Positions 56,113-64,000 of a stretch of DNA of 64,000 nt are shown piece by piece (the first letter of the stretch is position 1; the number at the start of each line of letters is the position of its first letter). Below the pieces are notes generated by a model that ran no database searches, was not told the DNA's origin, and saw only the letters and a list, made by a program, of their open reading frames with translations. This DNA comes from an uncultured Pseudomonadota bacterium (lineage in GTDB: Bacteria > Oederibacteriota > Muellerivitia > Muellerivitales > Muellerivitaceae), in contig CAVYRH010000004.1 in NCBI GenBank assembly GCA_963770835.1, positions 288,001 through 352,000 on the forward strand, written 5' to 3'. A program made the position numbers and the translations under genes.

Positions 56113-56862
56113 TTATGGTTCGTTGTTTGTGGGCGTGGCCTGGGCGTCGTCCCAGGCCGAGGCGCGTTTGCGGGCTTCGGCGACTTGCGCGCCCGTCATC
56201 CGGTTTTCCAGCCACTCGATGTCGTTCCTCAGGTCCTCCACTTGGGCATCCGACAGGGAACGGTTCTTGAGGGCGATGGAAAACCATTTATGGGATTCCA
56301 CGAAATCCTTGGGGGCGCCCTCACCCAGGGACAACGTCTGGGCCAGGTTCACCTGGGCGTCGGCGTTGCCCTGGTCGGCGGCTTTTTTAAACCATAGGAG
56401 CGCCTGGTCGTAATCCTTTTTCACCCCCAAGCCCCGCCCGTAGACCAAGCCCAGGTTGCCCTGGGCCGAAGCCAGTCCCTGGTCGGCGGCTTTTTGGAAC
56501 CAAACCAGGGCTTCCGCGTCGTCCTCCTTCACGCCCAGGCCCTTGAGGTAAAGAAAGCCCAAATTATTTTCGGAAGCCGCGTCGCCTTTCTTGGCGCCAC
56601 GGGTCATCCAATGGAAAGCCTTCTGTAAATCCGGGGCGCAGCCTAGGCCCTTTTCGTACATCAACCCCAGGGTTCCCATGGCTACAGCGTCGCCCCTCTG
56701 GGCCTCATTGAAGGTCGTTTGAAACTCCTCGTGGTCTTCCGCGCTTTGGGGGGTGGGTTCCAAAATCCCCTGCGCGCAAAGGGTGGAGCCAAGGAACAAG
56801 AGGGGAAGAATCCATAAATAGGAAAGACGCATTTCCATAAGATACACCAAAATTCTTTTCAT
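56113..56862 (-). CDS. Sel1-like repeat protein
   Basis: Repeats of A..NLG.lY.kGlGVk.D..qAl.Wf.KAAdQG. Confidence 0.92.
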   Translation of the reverse strand: MKRILVYLMEMRLSYLWILPLLFLGSTLCAQGILEPTPQSAEDHEEFQTTFNEAQRGDAVAMGTLGLMYEKGLGCAPDLQKAFHWMTRGAKKGDAASENNLGFLYLKGLGVKEDDAEALVWFQKAADQGLASAQGNLGLVYGRGLGVKKDYDQALLWFKKAADQGNADAQVNLAQTLSLGEGAPKDFVESHKWFSIALKNRSLSDAQVEDLRNDIEWLENRMTGAQVAEARKRASAWDDAQATPTNNEP

Positions 56863-56900
56863 CCTGTTTCTTTCGGGGCCGGGTAGGGTATTCTTATTCC

Positions 56901-57272
56901 ATGAAAAAGCAATTATTGGTGGGAATTTTCCTAAGCTTGATGGCGGCGAGTTTGGGTATCTGGGCCCAGGCTGTGATTGGGCAGAATTCCTATCCAGTCC
57001 AAGGCTCGGGACTCCAGGTTTACCCCACGCCCTCCATGCCCTATTCAAGGTATCCCTATACCCACAAGAAGCGGATGCCCAAGAAAGCCACGCCGGCCAA
57101 TGGGAAGTTCTTCGCCCTCTATCCCACACCCCAGGCTGCGCCCTTGAAGACCCAAAAGATGATGATGAAGCTGCCGCCCAACCGCGGGGTTTCAGTCGTG
57201 GGACCCCGCTCCATCCACTATCCCACCCTTTACCGAAACCCGACCCCCGTTAGAATCCTGGGTTCCCACTAA
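56901..57272 (+). CDS. Small basic Pro/Tyr-rich secreted protein
   Basis: Signal peptide ending IWA; recurring YPTP motif. Confidence 0.5.
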   Translation: MKKQLLVGIFLSLMAASLGIWAQAVIGQNSYPVQGSGLQVYPTPSMPYSRYPYTHKKRMPKKATPANGKFFALYPTPQAAPLKTQKMMMKLPPNRGVSVVGPRSIHYPTLYRNPTPVRILGSH

Positions 57273-57357
57273 AGCCCGCTGAGGTCCTCAAATCTCTTAA
57301 ATTTGAGGCCGGTTATCCCCTGGATCTTTTCCTTGTAGCGGATGGCGGAAAGCCAGA

Positions 57358-57948
57358 TCAGTGGTTTCCCTTGCCCCAGATGCCGTCCAGGTATTCATCC
57401 CGGCCCGAGTTATCGTGGTACATCTGGTAATGGAAGGGGTTTTTCTTGTAGTAGTCCTGGTGGTAGTCCTCGGCGGGATAAAAATTGACGTATTTCTTGA
57501 CGGGCACCACGATGGGTTTGTCGTAACGGCCGGACTTATTGAGGTCCGCGCGGGATTTCTCGGCGGTTTTTTCCTGTTGTGCGTCTTGGTAAAAAATGGC
57601 GGCGCGGTAATGGGGGCCCCGGTCCACGAACTGGCCGTTGGGGTCGGTGGGATTGATCTGCCTCCAAAACACGTCCACCAGCTGGGCATAGGTGATCTTG
57701 GACGGGTCGTAGAGGATTTGCACTCCTTCGGTATAGCCCTTGTCCCCGTAATCGTCGTAAGTGGGGTCGGGCCCGGTGCCGTCGGTGTAGCCGGCGATAA
57801 CTTTTATGACGCCGGGAAGCTTTTCGAAGGGCGGCGTCATGCACCAGAAACAGCCGCCCGCGAAGGTGGCGGTTTCGGTCTTGGGTTTGGCGTCGGCGAA
57901 GGTTGTCATGCCGGTCAATATAAGAAGGCCCGCGAGAAATTTCCGCAT
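57358..57948 (-). CDS. msrA: Peptide-methionine (S)-S-oxide reductase with signal peptide
   Basis: FAGGCFWC, GQFVDRGPHYRAAIF, FYPAEDYHQDYY. Confidence 0.95.
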   Translation of the reverse strand: MRKFLAGLLILTGMTTFADAKPKTETATFAGGCFWCMTPPFEKLPGVIKVIAGYTDGTGPDPTYDDYGDKGYTEGVQILYDPSKITYAQLVDVFWRQINPTDPNGQFVDRGPHYRAAIFYQDAQQEKTAEKSRADLNKSGRYDKPIVVPVKKYVNFYPAEDYHQDYYKKNPFHYQMYHDNSGRDEYLDGIWGKGNH

Positions 57949-58019
57949 TTTTTTGGCTCCTTTGAACAAGCTAAAAAGGAATACGGCTGATTTTCAAGAG
58001 AGTTACATCTAAAACCAGA

Positions 58020-58095
58020 TGTTAGGTATTAGGTCTTAGCAAATGCTTTCAAGCGAGCCTAAAACCCAAGACCTAACACCTAAGAGCTAACAACT
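58020..58095. repeat. Period-7 palindromic element
   Basis: TGTTAGG TATTAGG TCTTAGC ... CCTAAAA CCCAAGA CCTAACA CCTAAGA GCTAACA. Confidence 0.82.
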
Positions 58096-58100
58096 TATTT

Positions 58101-60236
58101 TCAGGGCTTGGGCCGGGCGGCTTCGACTTGGGTGTCGAGGGATTTGCTCCATTCCTCCGGCGTTGTGCTTTTCAGCTTGTCCAACTGGCCGGCGGCCAGG
58201 ACCAACTTGTATATAGCAGGGACCACCGCGATTTCCACCTGGGCCTTGGGTTCCCAAGCGTGCGCCAAGACTTGGATGGATTTGTCGACCCAGTCCGAAG
58301 GGGCGGTTTTACCGGACTTGAGATGCCGGAGCGCTTTCAAACCCACCTGGGCCGAGGCCGAAAGATCCTGGGACTGGGCTTGGGCGTCGTCCAGAAGATC
58401 GGATTTTTCGAGAAGCGGTTCCGCGGCCTTGTGGTTCTTCACCCAGTTTTCCAAATTCTTCCGTAAGGCGTCCGAATCCCCCTTGGGGATTTCCTTCAAG
58501 TAAGCCTCAACCGCGATGTGGAAATGCCGGGCCGATTGGCTTTCGGGGCGCACCGCGTCCACCAAGCGGTTCAAGGGAAAGTCGCTGGAATAATTACCCC
58601 ACTTGTGGCGCTGGTAGTTCTTCACGGGTTCCAACACGTCCGCCAGGGTTTGGAGGGGTCCCGCGTCCCCCCCGTCCGCCAGGCGTTGGAGCATGGGGAG
58701 GTAGCTGGAAAGGTGGGTCAGTCCCACTTCATCGAGGCGCCCGCTTTCCACTTCCATGCGCCGGTAGAAATCATCCATGTCCTTGACGCCCGCGGGCGAC
58801 CAAAGGCGCTCGGCCACCGCCAGGGCGGCGGGCCAAATACGTGAGTCCACGTTCTCCGGCGATACCAATTCGGTCCACATGCAGGCTTCCCCGCCCAAAA
58901 TATGGGCCGCTTGTTCGGGCGTGAGGCCCGCATTGCCGGGAACGGGGTCCATGGCGTAGTGGGAGGCGGCGGGAAGGGCCAGGTCCAGGTAATAACCGTT
59001 GGAGAGGATGCCGTCGAAACCCAGTTTTGCGCATTGGGCCAGGGAGTCGGCGCCGCGCCAGGACTGCACGAGGATGTTCTTTGGCAATCCGGGATGGAAG
59101 ATTTCGTCCCAGCCCACCATTTTTTTATGGTGCCCCGCGAGGATTTTCTCCAGCCGCCCGTTGAAGTAGCCTTGCAGGTCCTCGTTGGTCTTGAGGCCTT
59201 GGGCGAACATGAAGCGCTGGATACCGGGGTTCTCGTTCCAATGCTTCCCGTTCACCTCGTCCCCCCCGATGTGGAAGTAGTCGTCCGGGAAGAGGGCCGC
59301 CATTTCGCCAACAAAGCTGTCGAGAAAGCGGTAGGTTTCCTCCGAGGCTGGGTTGAGGCAGGGGTCGAAAACGCCGAACTTTTTCTCCACTTCATAGGGG
59401 CCCGGCGCGGAGGCCAACTCCGAATAGCCCACCAGCCAGGCCGTGGAGTGGCCGGGCACGTCGAACTCCGGCACCACCCGGATGCCGCGCTCCCGAGCGT
59501 AGGCCAGGATTTCCCTCACCTGGTCCTGGGTGTAATAAAGCCCGTTGGAGCCCATTTCGTGGAGCTTGGGGTAGGTTTTGCATTCCACCCGGAATCCTTG
59601 GTTCTCCGAGAGGTGCCAGTGGAACACGTTCAGCTTGGCTTCCTCCATGCCGTCGAGGTTCCGCTTGATGACTTCAGGAGGCATCCAATGCCGGCAGGCG
59701 TCGATCATCAGGCCCCGCCAGGGAAAGCGCGGATTGTCGTGGATTTCCACACAAGGGACCACGCAATGGCCGGAGCCGCCGGATGGGATCAACTGGAGAA
59801 GGGTCTGAAGCCCGTGCAGGATGCCCAGCGGGTTGGGGGCACTGAGGAGCGCTTTTTCAGGCGTCACTTTCAGGGTGTAGGATTCGTCTTCCCGGACGAA
59901 TTGAACCGGAAGGCCCGCGTTTTGATAGTCGATGAAGAGGGTGGGGGGAAGGGGGCCGGAGGCTTGGGAAAGGTCGCCCACTCCCTGGATTTGAGTCCTC
60001 CGGGCGACGCGGGCCACGAAGCGGCGGAGGGCGGAGGCTATCCGGGAATCCCGGGGCCCCTTTACTTGAATTCCGTAACCGGACTTGAGCGTCCATTCAC
60101 CCGGCTGCCAGGCCACCTTGGCGGGAAGGGGAAGCAAGACCGGTTTGTCCTCGGTTGAATCCACGGCCCACCCCTTAATGAAAATGGAAAAGCAAAGCAG
60201 GAACGGGGCCAGGCGGCCCCAAACCAGTTTATTCAT
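58101..60236 (-). CDS. GH20 beta-N-acetylhexosaminidase, secreted
   Basis: PRFPWRGLMID, NVFHWHLS, PEFDVPGH, HIGGDEV, GGEACMWTE. Confidence 0.95.
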   Translation of the reverse strand: MNKLVWGRLAPFLLCFSIFIKGWAVDSTEDKPVLLPLPAKVAWQPGEWTLKSGYGIQVKGPRDSRIASALRRFVARVARRTQIQGVGDLSQASGPLPPTLFIDYQNAGLPVQFVREDESYTLKVTPEKALLSAPNPLGILHGLQTLLQLIPSGGSGHCVVPCVEIHDNPRFPWRGLMIDACRHWMPPEVIKRNLDGMEEAKLNVFHWHLSENQGFRVECKTYPKLHEMGSNGLYYTQDQVREILAYARERGIRVVPEFDVPGHSTAWLVGYSELASAPGPYEVEKKFGVFDPCLNPASEETYRFLDSFVGEMAALFPDDYFHIGGDEVNGKHWNENPGIQRFMFAQGLKTNEDLQGYFNGRLEKILAGHHKKMVGWDEIFHPGLPKNILVQSWRGADSLAQCAKLGFDGILSNGYYLDLALPAASHYAMDPVPGNAGLTPEQAAHILGGEACMWTELVSPENVDSRIWPAALAVAERLWSPAGVKDMDDFYRRMEVESGRLDEVGLTHLSSYLPMLQRLADGGDAGPLQTLADVLEPVKNYQRHKWGNYSSDFPLNRLVDAVRPESQSARHFHIAVEAYLKEIPKGDSDALRKNLENWVKNHKAAEPLLEKSDLLDDAQAQSQDLSASAQVGLKALRHLKSGKTAPSDWVDKSIQVLAHAWEPKAQVEIAVVPAIYKLVLAAGQLDKLKSTTPEEWSKSLDTQVEAARPKP

Positions 60237-60290
60237 GGAGAACCCCGGCTGGAAGGATGGAATGACGGTTCATCCTACCGGGGAGGGGAC

Positions 60291-60327
60291 AAATAAAAAA
60301 GGCCGTTTCTCGGAAGAGAAACGGCCT
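60291..60327 (-). terminator. Intrinsic terminator
   Basis: 12-bp stem AGGCCGTTTCTC/GAGAAACGGCCT followed by a T run on the minus strand. Confidence 0.8.
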
Positions 60328-60340
60328 GTCTGCCAGTTGT

Positions 60341-61645
60341 TTAAAGGCTGTAAAAATTAAGGGCGAGATCCACATCCACACCCGTGAAATCAATCGTGCT
60401 GTATTTGTTGCCGTTGGCACCGCCGATTTGGGTTTGGTCCTCGATAAAGACCGCGGGGTTGTTGTCGAGGGCCGTAATACCCGTCTCGGTCGCCAGACCC
60501 ACGTTGGCGGAATTGCCGTTCACGTCGGTAATCGTGCCTTGGAAATTGGTCAGCTTGGCGTAACGGCCTTCTACGAAAAGGGAAATGCTCATGTTGCGGG
60601 AAATGGCGAAATCCCGGCCGATACTCGCCTGGAAACCCGGGGCCCCGGCGGTCAAGTCGCCCGAATACTGATCGGCCTGGGTGGGGTCGTTGTCTTGGAT
60701 TACAGAGCTGTAGTTACGATTTACATGCACATCCGCGAAGTAATACCCAGCCCCGACGCTCACGAAAAAGCGGCCGTCGTGATCGGGCAAGAACAAGTAA
60801 TAATCCAGCGTGATCGGGATGATATAGGGCGAAATCGTGGTTTGGTCATAGTCCGAATCATAGCTGGTCGATCCGATAATGGTCGGCCCGTTGTTGTAAG
60901 TGACGTTCAGGTTATAGTCCGCCATATTCACGTATTTCACGCCCAAGGCCAAGCCGTTGTTGGGGTTGATCAAGAAGCCCAGCTCAAACCCCAGGTTCAA
61001 TCCGTCATTCGAAGCAATAGCCGATCCGCTCCAACCGAAATTCGCGATATCCGTGTTCCAGGAATTGGCACTGGTGATAAGGTCTCCGCCACGGGAATTG
61101 GTGTAGCCGATTGAGAATTGGGTCCAGATCTTGGCGTGGTCCATGGGAGCCAGGTCGTCGTTGTAATTCACCACTGGCTCGGGGCGGCGGAAGGGACGGC
61201 GGCGCTTGATGATAACAGTTTGCGATTCAGTGACGGGCTGGCTTTCGTCAAAGCTCCCACCGGGATTGGAGGGGGCGGAGACGGCCGGTCCCGAAGGGGC
61301 CGACGCAGCCGGGACCTGGGCCTGCACGCCAGAGGCGGTCAAACTGTTGACCTGTGCCTGAACGGTTGGGTTATTGGAGTTGATCTGAAGGCTTTTCTGG
61401 TAGGCGCCCAGCGCCTCCGCGTTGGCGTTCATCTTCATATAAGAGTCGCCCATGGCTTGGTAGGACTGCCAGTCATTGGGATCGGCTGAAACCGCCTGTT
61501 GGAAATAATCGACGGCCTTCGCGTAAAGCCCCCGTTGGAAAAGGGCCTGGCCCATATCCCGGTAATCCTGGGCCGTATCAGCCAACAGCGCAGCCGGAGC
61601 CAAGGATAGGAAAGAAAACAAGATAGCCAATGTCATTTTTTTCAT
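60341..61645 (-). CDS. Secreted TPR-domain protein with probable C-terminal outer-membrane beta-barrel
   Basis: Signal peptide, two TPRs, Pro-rich linker, amphipathic strands (FFVSVGAGYY, LFVEGRY, VDLALNFY). Confidence 0.72.
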   Translation of the reverse strand: MKKMTLAILFSFLSLAPAALLADTAQDYRDMGQALFQRGLYAKAVDYFQQAVSADPNDWQSYQAMGDSYMKMNANAEALGAYQKSLQINSNNPTVQAQVNSLTASGVQAQVPAASAPSGPAVSAPSNPGGSFDESQPVTESQTVIIKRRRPFRRPEPVVNYNDDLAPMDHAKIWTQFSIGYTNSRGGDLITSANSWNTDIANFGWSGSAIASNDGLNLGFELGFLINPNNGLALGVKYVNMADYNLNVTYNNGPTIIGSTSYDSDYDQTTISPYIIPITLDYYLFLPDHDGRFFVSVGAGYYFADVHVNRNYSSVIQDNDPTQADQYSGDLTAGAPGFQASIGRDFAISRNMSISLFVEGRYAKLTNFQGTITDVNGNSANVGLATETGITALDNNPAVFIEDQTQIGGANGNKYSTIDFTGVDVDLALNFYSL

Positions 61646-61759
61646 TTTTCACCTCGCCATATTTGGACGCACCAGGGGGCAAAAACGTTTCGTGGGAAGG
61701 TAAAAAAACACTTTCAAAAAGAATATTATCGAAAACCACGGGATAAAGAAAGGCAAGGG

Positions 61760-62140
61760 TTAACGCTTGGCCGGATCGGCGGTATTGCTGAAAGCTCCCT
61801 TTAAGGCGATTTCCGCAGAAGGGAAGGACCTTAAAACCTTGTCGTATTCCATCAGCTCAAAAGCGTCGTAGACCTCGGGTTTCATCCCCGACAAAACCAT
61901 GTCGCCGCCCGCCTCCTGGATCCTCCGGAAGTAAGTGATGATCAGGCCCCAACCCCCGCTGCTGATGTAATTGGTTTCGGCAAGGTCCAAGACCAGCTTT
62001 TTTTTCATGGAAGCCATCACGGATTGGAAAACTTTATCCAACTGCACAAGGGTATTGGCGTAAAGAAAGCCCGTGACCCGAAGGGTTGTGCTGTCCGGAG
62101 GAAAAGGGTGATGGTTCACATCAATCGAAATGCTTTCCAT
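61760..62140 (-). CDS. STAS-domain anti-sigma factor antagonist
   Basis: LVLDLAETNYISSGGWG, V..AFELM. Confidence 0.88.
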   Translation of the reverse strand: MESISIDVNHHPFPPDSTTLRVTGFLYANTLVQLDKVFQSVMASMKKKLVLDLAETNYISSGGWGLIITYFRRIQEAGGDMVLSGMKPEVYDAFELMEYDKVLRSFPSAEIALKGAFSNTADPAKR

Positions 62141-62378
62141 GGGTATCCTTGGAAACGTTCAGTTTTCCAAAAGCGTTTTGATGTTCTTCACTATAAAAGT
62201 GCGAATGGCGGAACCGAAAGGCAATTATCCTTAAAAGTGGGACGACGGTTTAACCTGGAATCATAAAGACTAAAACCGGCGGCAACCCCAAGGGTGGACG
62301 GTAGGACTGAGCTTCCCTTACGTTGGACGCCGGTCCGCCGGTATAATGCCCGCCGAATCCAACCGCAAAACGACTGGA

Positions 62379-63206
62379 ATGTTTATGCCCCCGGCCATAC
62401 CCTTAAATGTCGTCAACCTCACCAAGCGTTACAAGTCCCGCTGGGGCGGGGAGGACGTGGAAGCGGTCCGCGGTATTTCCTTTGAAGTTTCCCCGGGGGA
62501 GTGCTTCGGGCTCTTGGGCCCCAACGGCGCGGGCAAGTCCACCACCATCCAATGCATCTCGGGGTTTTACCCCGCCACCTCGGGCGAGGTTTTCGTGGCC
62601 GGGCACAATGTCCACTTGAGCCCCAAACAGGCCCGGAAGGAATTGGGCGTCTGCAACCAGGAGGAAACCCTGGACAGCGATTTTTCCACCTTCGACCAAC
62701 TGGTGTTGCACGCCAGTTATTTCCACATCCCCCTTTCGGAGGGCAAAAAACGCGCCCAGGCCCTGCTGGAAAAATTCGGTTTGGCTGAGAAGGCCAAGGA
62801 GAACGTCGAGGCCCTTTCGGGCGGCATGAAGCGGCGCCTGCAGGTGGCCCGGGCCATGGTTTCAAACCCCCAGGTGCTGGTGCTGGACGAGCCCACGACC
62901 GGCCTGGATCCGGACGTGCGGCGCATGCTTTGGGAGGCGCTGGCCGAGGCCCGGGCCAAGGGAACGGCTATCCTGCTTTGCACCCACTATATGGAAGAAG
63001 CCGAGCGGCTTTGCGACCGAATCGCCATCCTCTCCCACGGCAAGATCCTCGACACCGATTCACCGGAAAGGCTCATCGCCAAGCACATCGCCCGGGAGGA
63101 AGTGGAGGAGGAAGTCCGGCCCGGCGTGGTCTGGAAAAGGCGGCCCAACCTGGAGGACGTGTACCTGAAGCTCACCGGAAGCGGGCTCGGTGTTGAAGGG
63201 CTTTGA
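62379..63206 (+). CDS. ABC transporter ATP-binding protein (NodI/DrrA-like)
   Basis: GPNGAGKSTT, LSGGMKRRL, LDEPTTGLDP, THYMEEAERLCDR. Confidence 0.93.
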   Translation: MFMPPAIPLNVVNLTKRYKSRWGGEDVEAVRGISFEVSPGECFGLLGPNGAGKSTTIQCISGFYPATSGEVFVAGHNVHLSPKQARKELGVCNQEETLDSDFSTFDQLVLHASYFHIPLSEGKKRAQALLEKFGLAEKAKENVEALSGGMKRRLQVARAMVSNPQVLVLDEPTTGLDPDVRRMLWEALAEARAKGTAILLCTHYMEEAERLCDRIAILSHGKILDTDSPERLIAKHIAREEVEEEVRPGVVWKRRPNLEDVYLKLTGSGLGVEGL

Positions 63207-63209
63207 CTG

Positions 63210-63283
63210 CAGTTCACAGTCCGCAGTTCGCGGTAACGACTTAAAGGCTTTTGCTGCCAACTGCGAGCTGCCAACCGCGAACT
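63210..63283. repeat. Period-7 palindromic element inside the ABC operon
   Basis: CAGTTCA CAGTCCG CAGTTCG ... GCTGCCA ACTGCGA GCTGCCA ACCGCGA. Confidence 0.82.
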
Positions 63284-63325
63284 TTTTGAGGAACACTTGC
63301 ATCAGTGAAAGAAAGCTGAACTTCA

Positions 63326-64000
63326 ATGGGAGTGACTCGAGTGATACCTGAAAGCTTGTGGGGCGTGTGGTGCGTGTGGCGGCGGTATTATTCCGCCTTC
63401 CTGAAAAGCATCGTGTACTACTTGCTGACGACCTTCCTGGAGCCCATCTTCTACCTGCTTTCCTTCGGGCTGGGAGTGGGGGCCTTGGTGGGCAATATCA
63501 CCACCCAGGGCGTGCATATGTCCTACCGAAGCTTCATCTTTTCCGGCATCATCGCCCAGACGGTGCTGTTCCAGGGGTTCTACGAGGGATCCTTCGGCGC
63601 CTTCGTACGCATGTATTACCAGAAGATCTTCCAGGCCATCGCCATCACGCCCATTACCCTGTCGGAAGTGCTTTGGGGGGAACTGTTTTGGGACGCCACC
63701 AAGGCCACGGTAGCCGCGGAAGTGGTGGCCCTGATCGGCGTGGCCACTGGCGATTTCCGGCCCCTCTGCCTATTGACGATCCTGCCCTTCAGCTTCGCGG
63801 GGGCTTTTTTGTTCTCGTCCATGGGATTGGCCTCGGCGGGTTTTTCCCGGACCATCGACGAATTGTCCTATCCCCAGTACCTGCTCATTTTCCCCATGTT
63901 CCTTTTCTGCGGGGTCTTCTATCCCATCGAAAGCCTGCCGGCGGCCCTGCAAAAAGTCGCCTGGTTTTTCCCCCTGACCTCCGTGAACGCCATCTTCCGG
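63326..64000 (+). CDS. ABC-2 permease (NodJ-like), truncated by the window edge
   Basis: Open frame ...FLEPIFYLLSFGLGVG...PMFLFCGVFYPIESLP; absent from the ORF track because there is no stop. Confidence 0.88.
   Translation, partial: MGVTRVIPESLWGVWCVWRRYYSAFLKSIVYYLLTTFLEPIFYLLSFGLGVGALVGNITTQGVHMSYRSFIFSGIIAQTVLFQGFYEGSFGAFVRMYYQKIFQAIAITPITLSEVLWGELFWDATKATVAAEVVALIGVATGDFRPLCLLTILPFSFAGAFLFSSMGLASAGFSRTIDELSYPQYLLIFPMFLFCGVFYPIESLPAALQKVAWFFPLTSVNAIFR

Noticed and set aside
58902..60158. 418-aa plus-strand ORF, and similar ones at 45539-46654, 28556-29977 and 12556-13641
   Set aside because: They overlap well-supported genes; such shadow or alternate frames are expected in GC-rich DNA and show no motifs

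Overview
GC-rich bacterial chromosomal window with about 60 genes from a diderm organism (TolC, LolA-like protein, beta-barrels, many lipoproteins). Thr/Pro-rich secreted proteins with a C-terminal FlgD-Ig/T9SS-like domain resemble those of FCPU426/Goldbacteria-like candidate phyla; this is a low-confidence inference. Content: one intact IS30-family element; an OmpR/HAMP two-component system, ECF sigma factor and ABC-LolA-like-OMP export operon tied together by three copies of a GTTAC-N5-GTTACAAAGTG(G/A)(T/A)AC box; a MarR-TolC-EmrA-methyltransferase-EmrB operon with a clear operator; a 1221-aa S53 protease followed by a lipoprotein cluster that includes two PrcB-like paralogues; a kinase-less pseudo-CheA; two non-cleavable pseudopilin fusions; and housekeeping enzymes. 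The most striking non-coding signal is at least five distinct families of intergenic palindromic or short-tandem elements: period-7 arrays at about 10 sites, period-10 CACGGAT palindromes twice, a GTCATTGCGAG element, a REP-like doublet and a CCCTCATCCC hairpin. Most sit just after stop codons, often inside operons, and none carries a gene. No rRNA, tRNA or CRISPR array was seen. All protein calls come from motif recognition by eye; no database searches were run.
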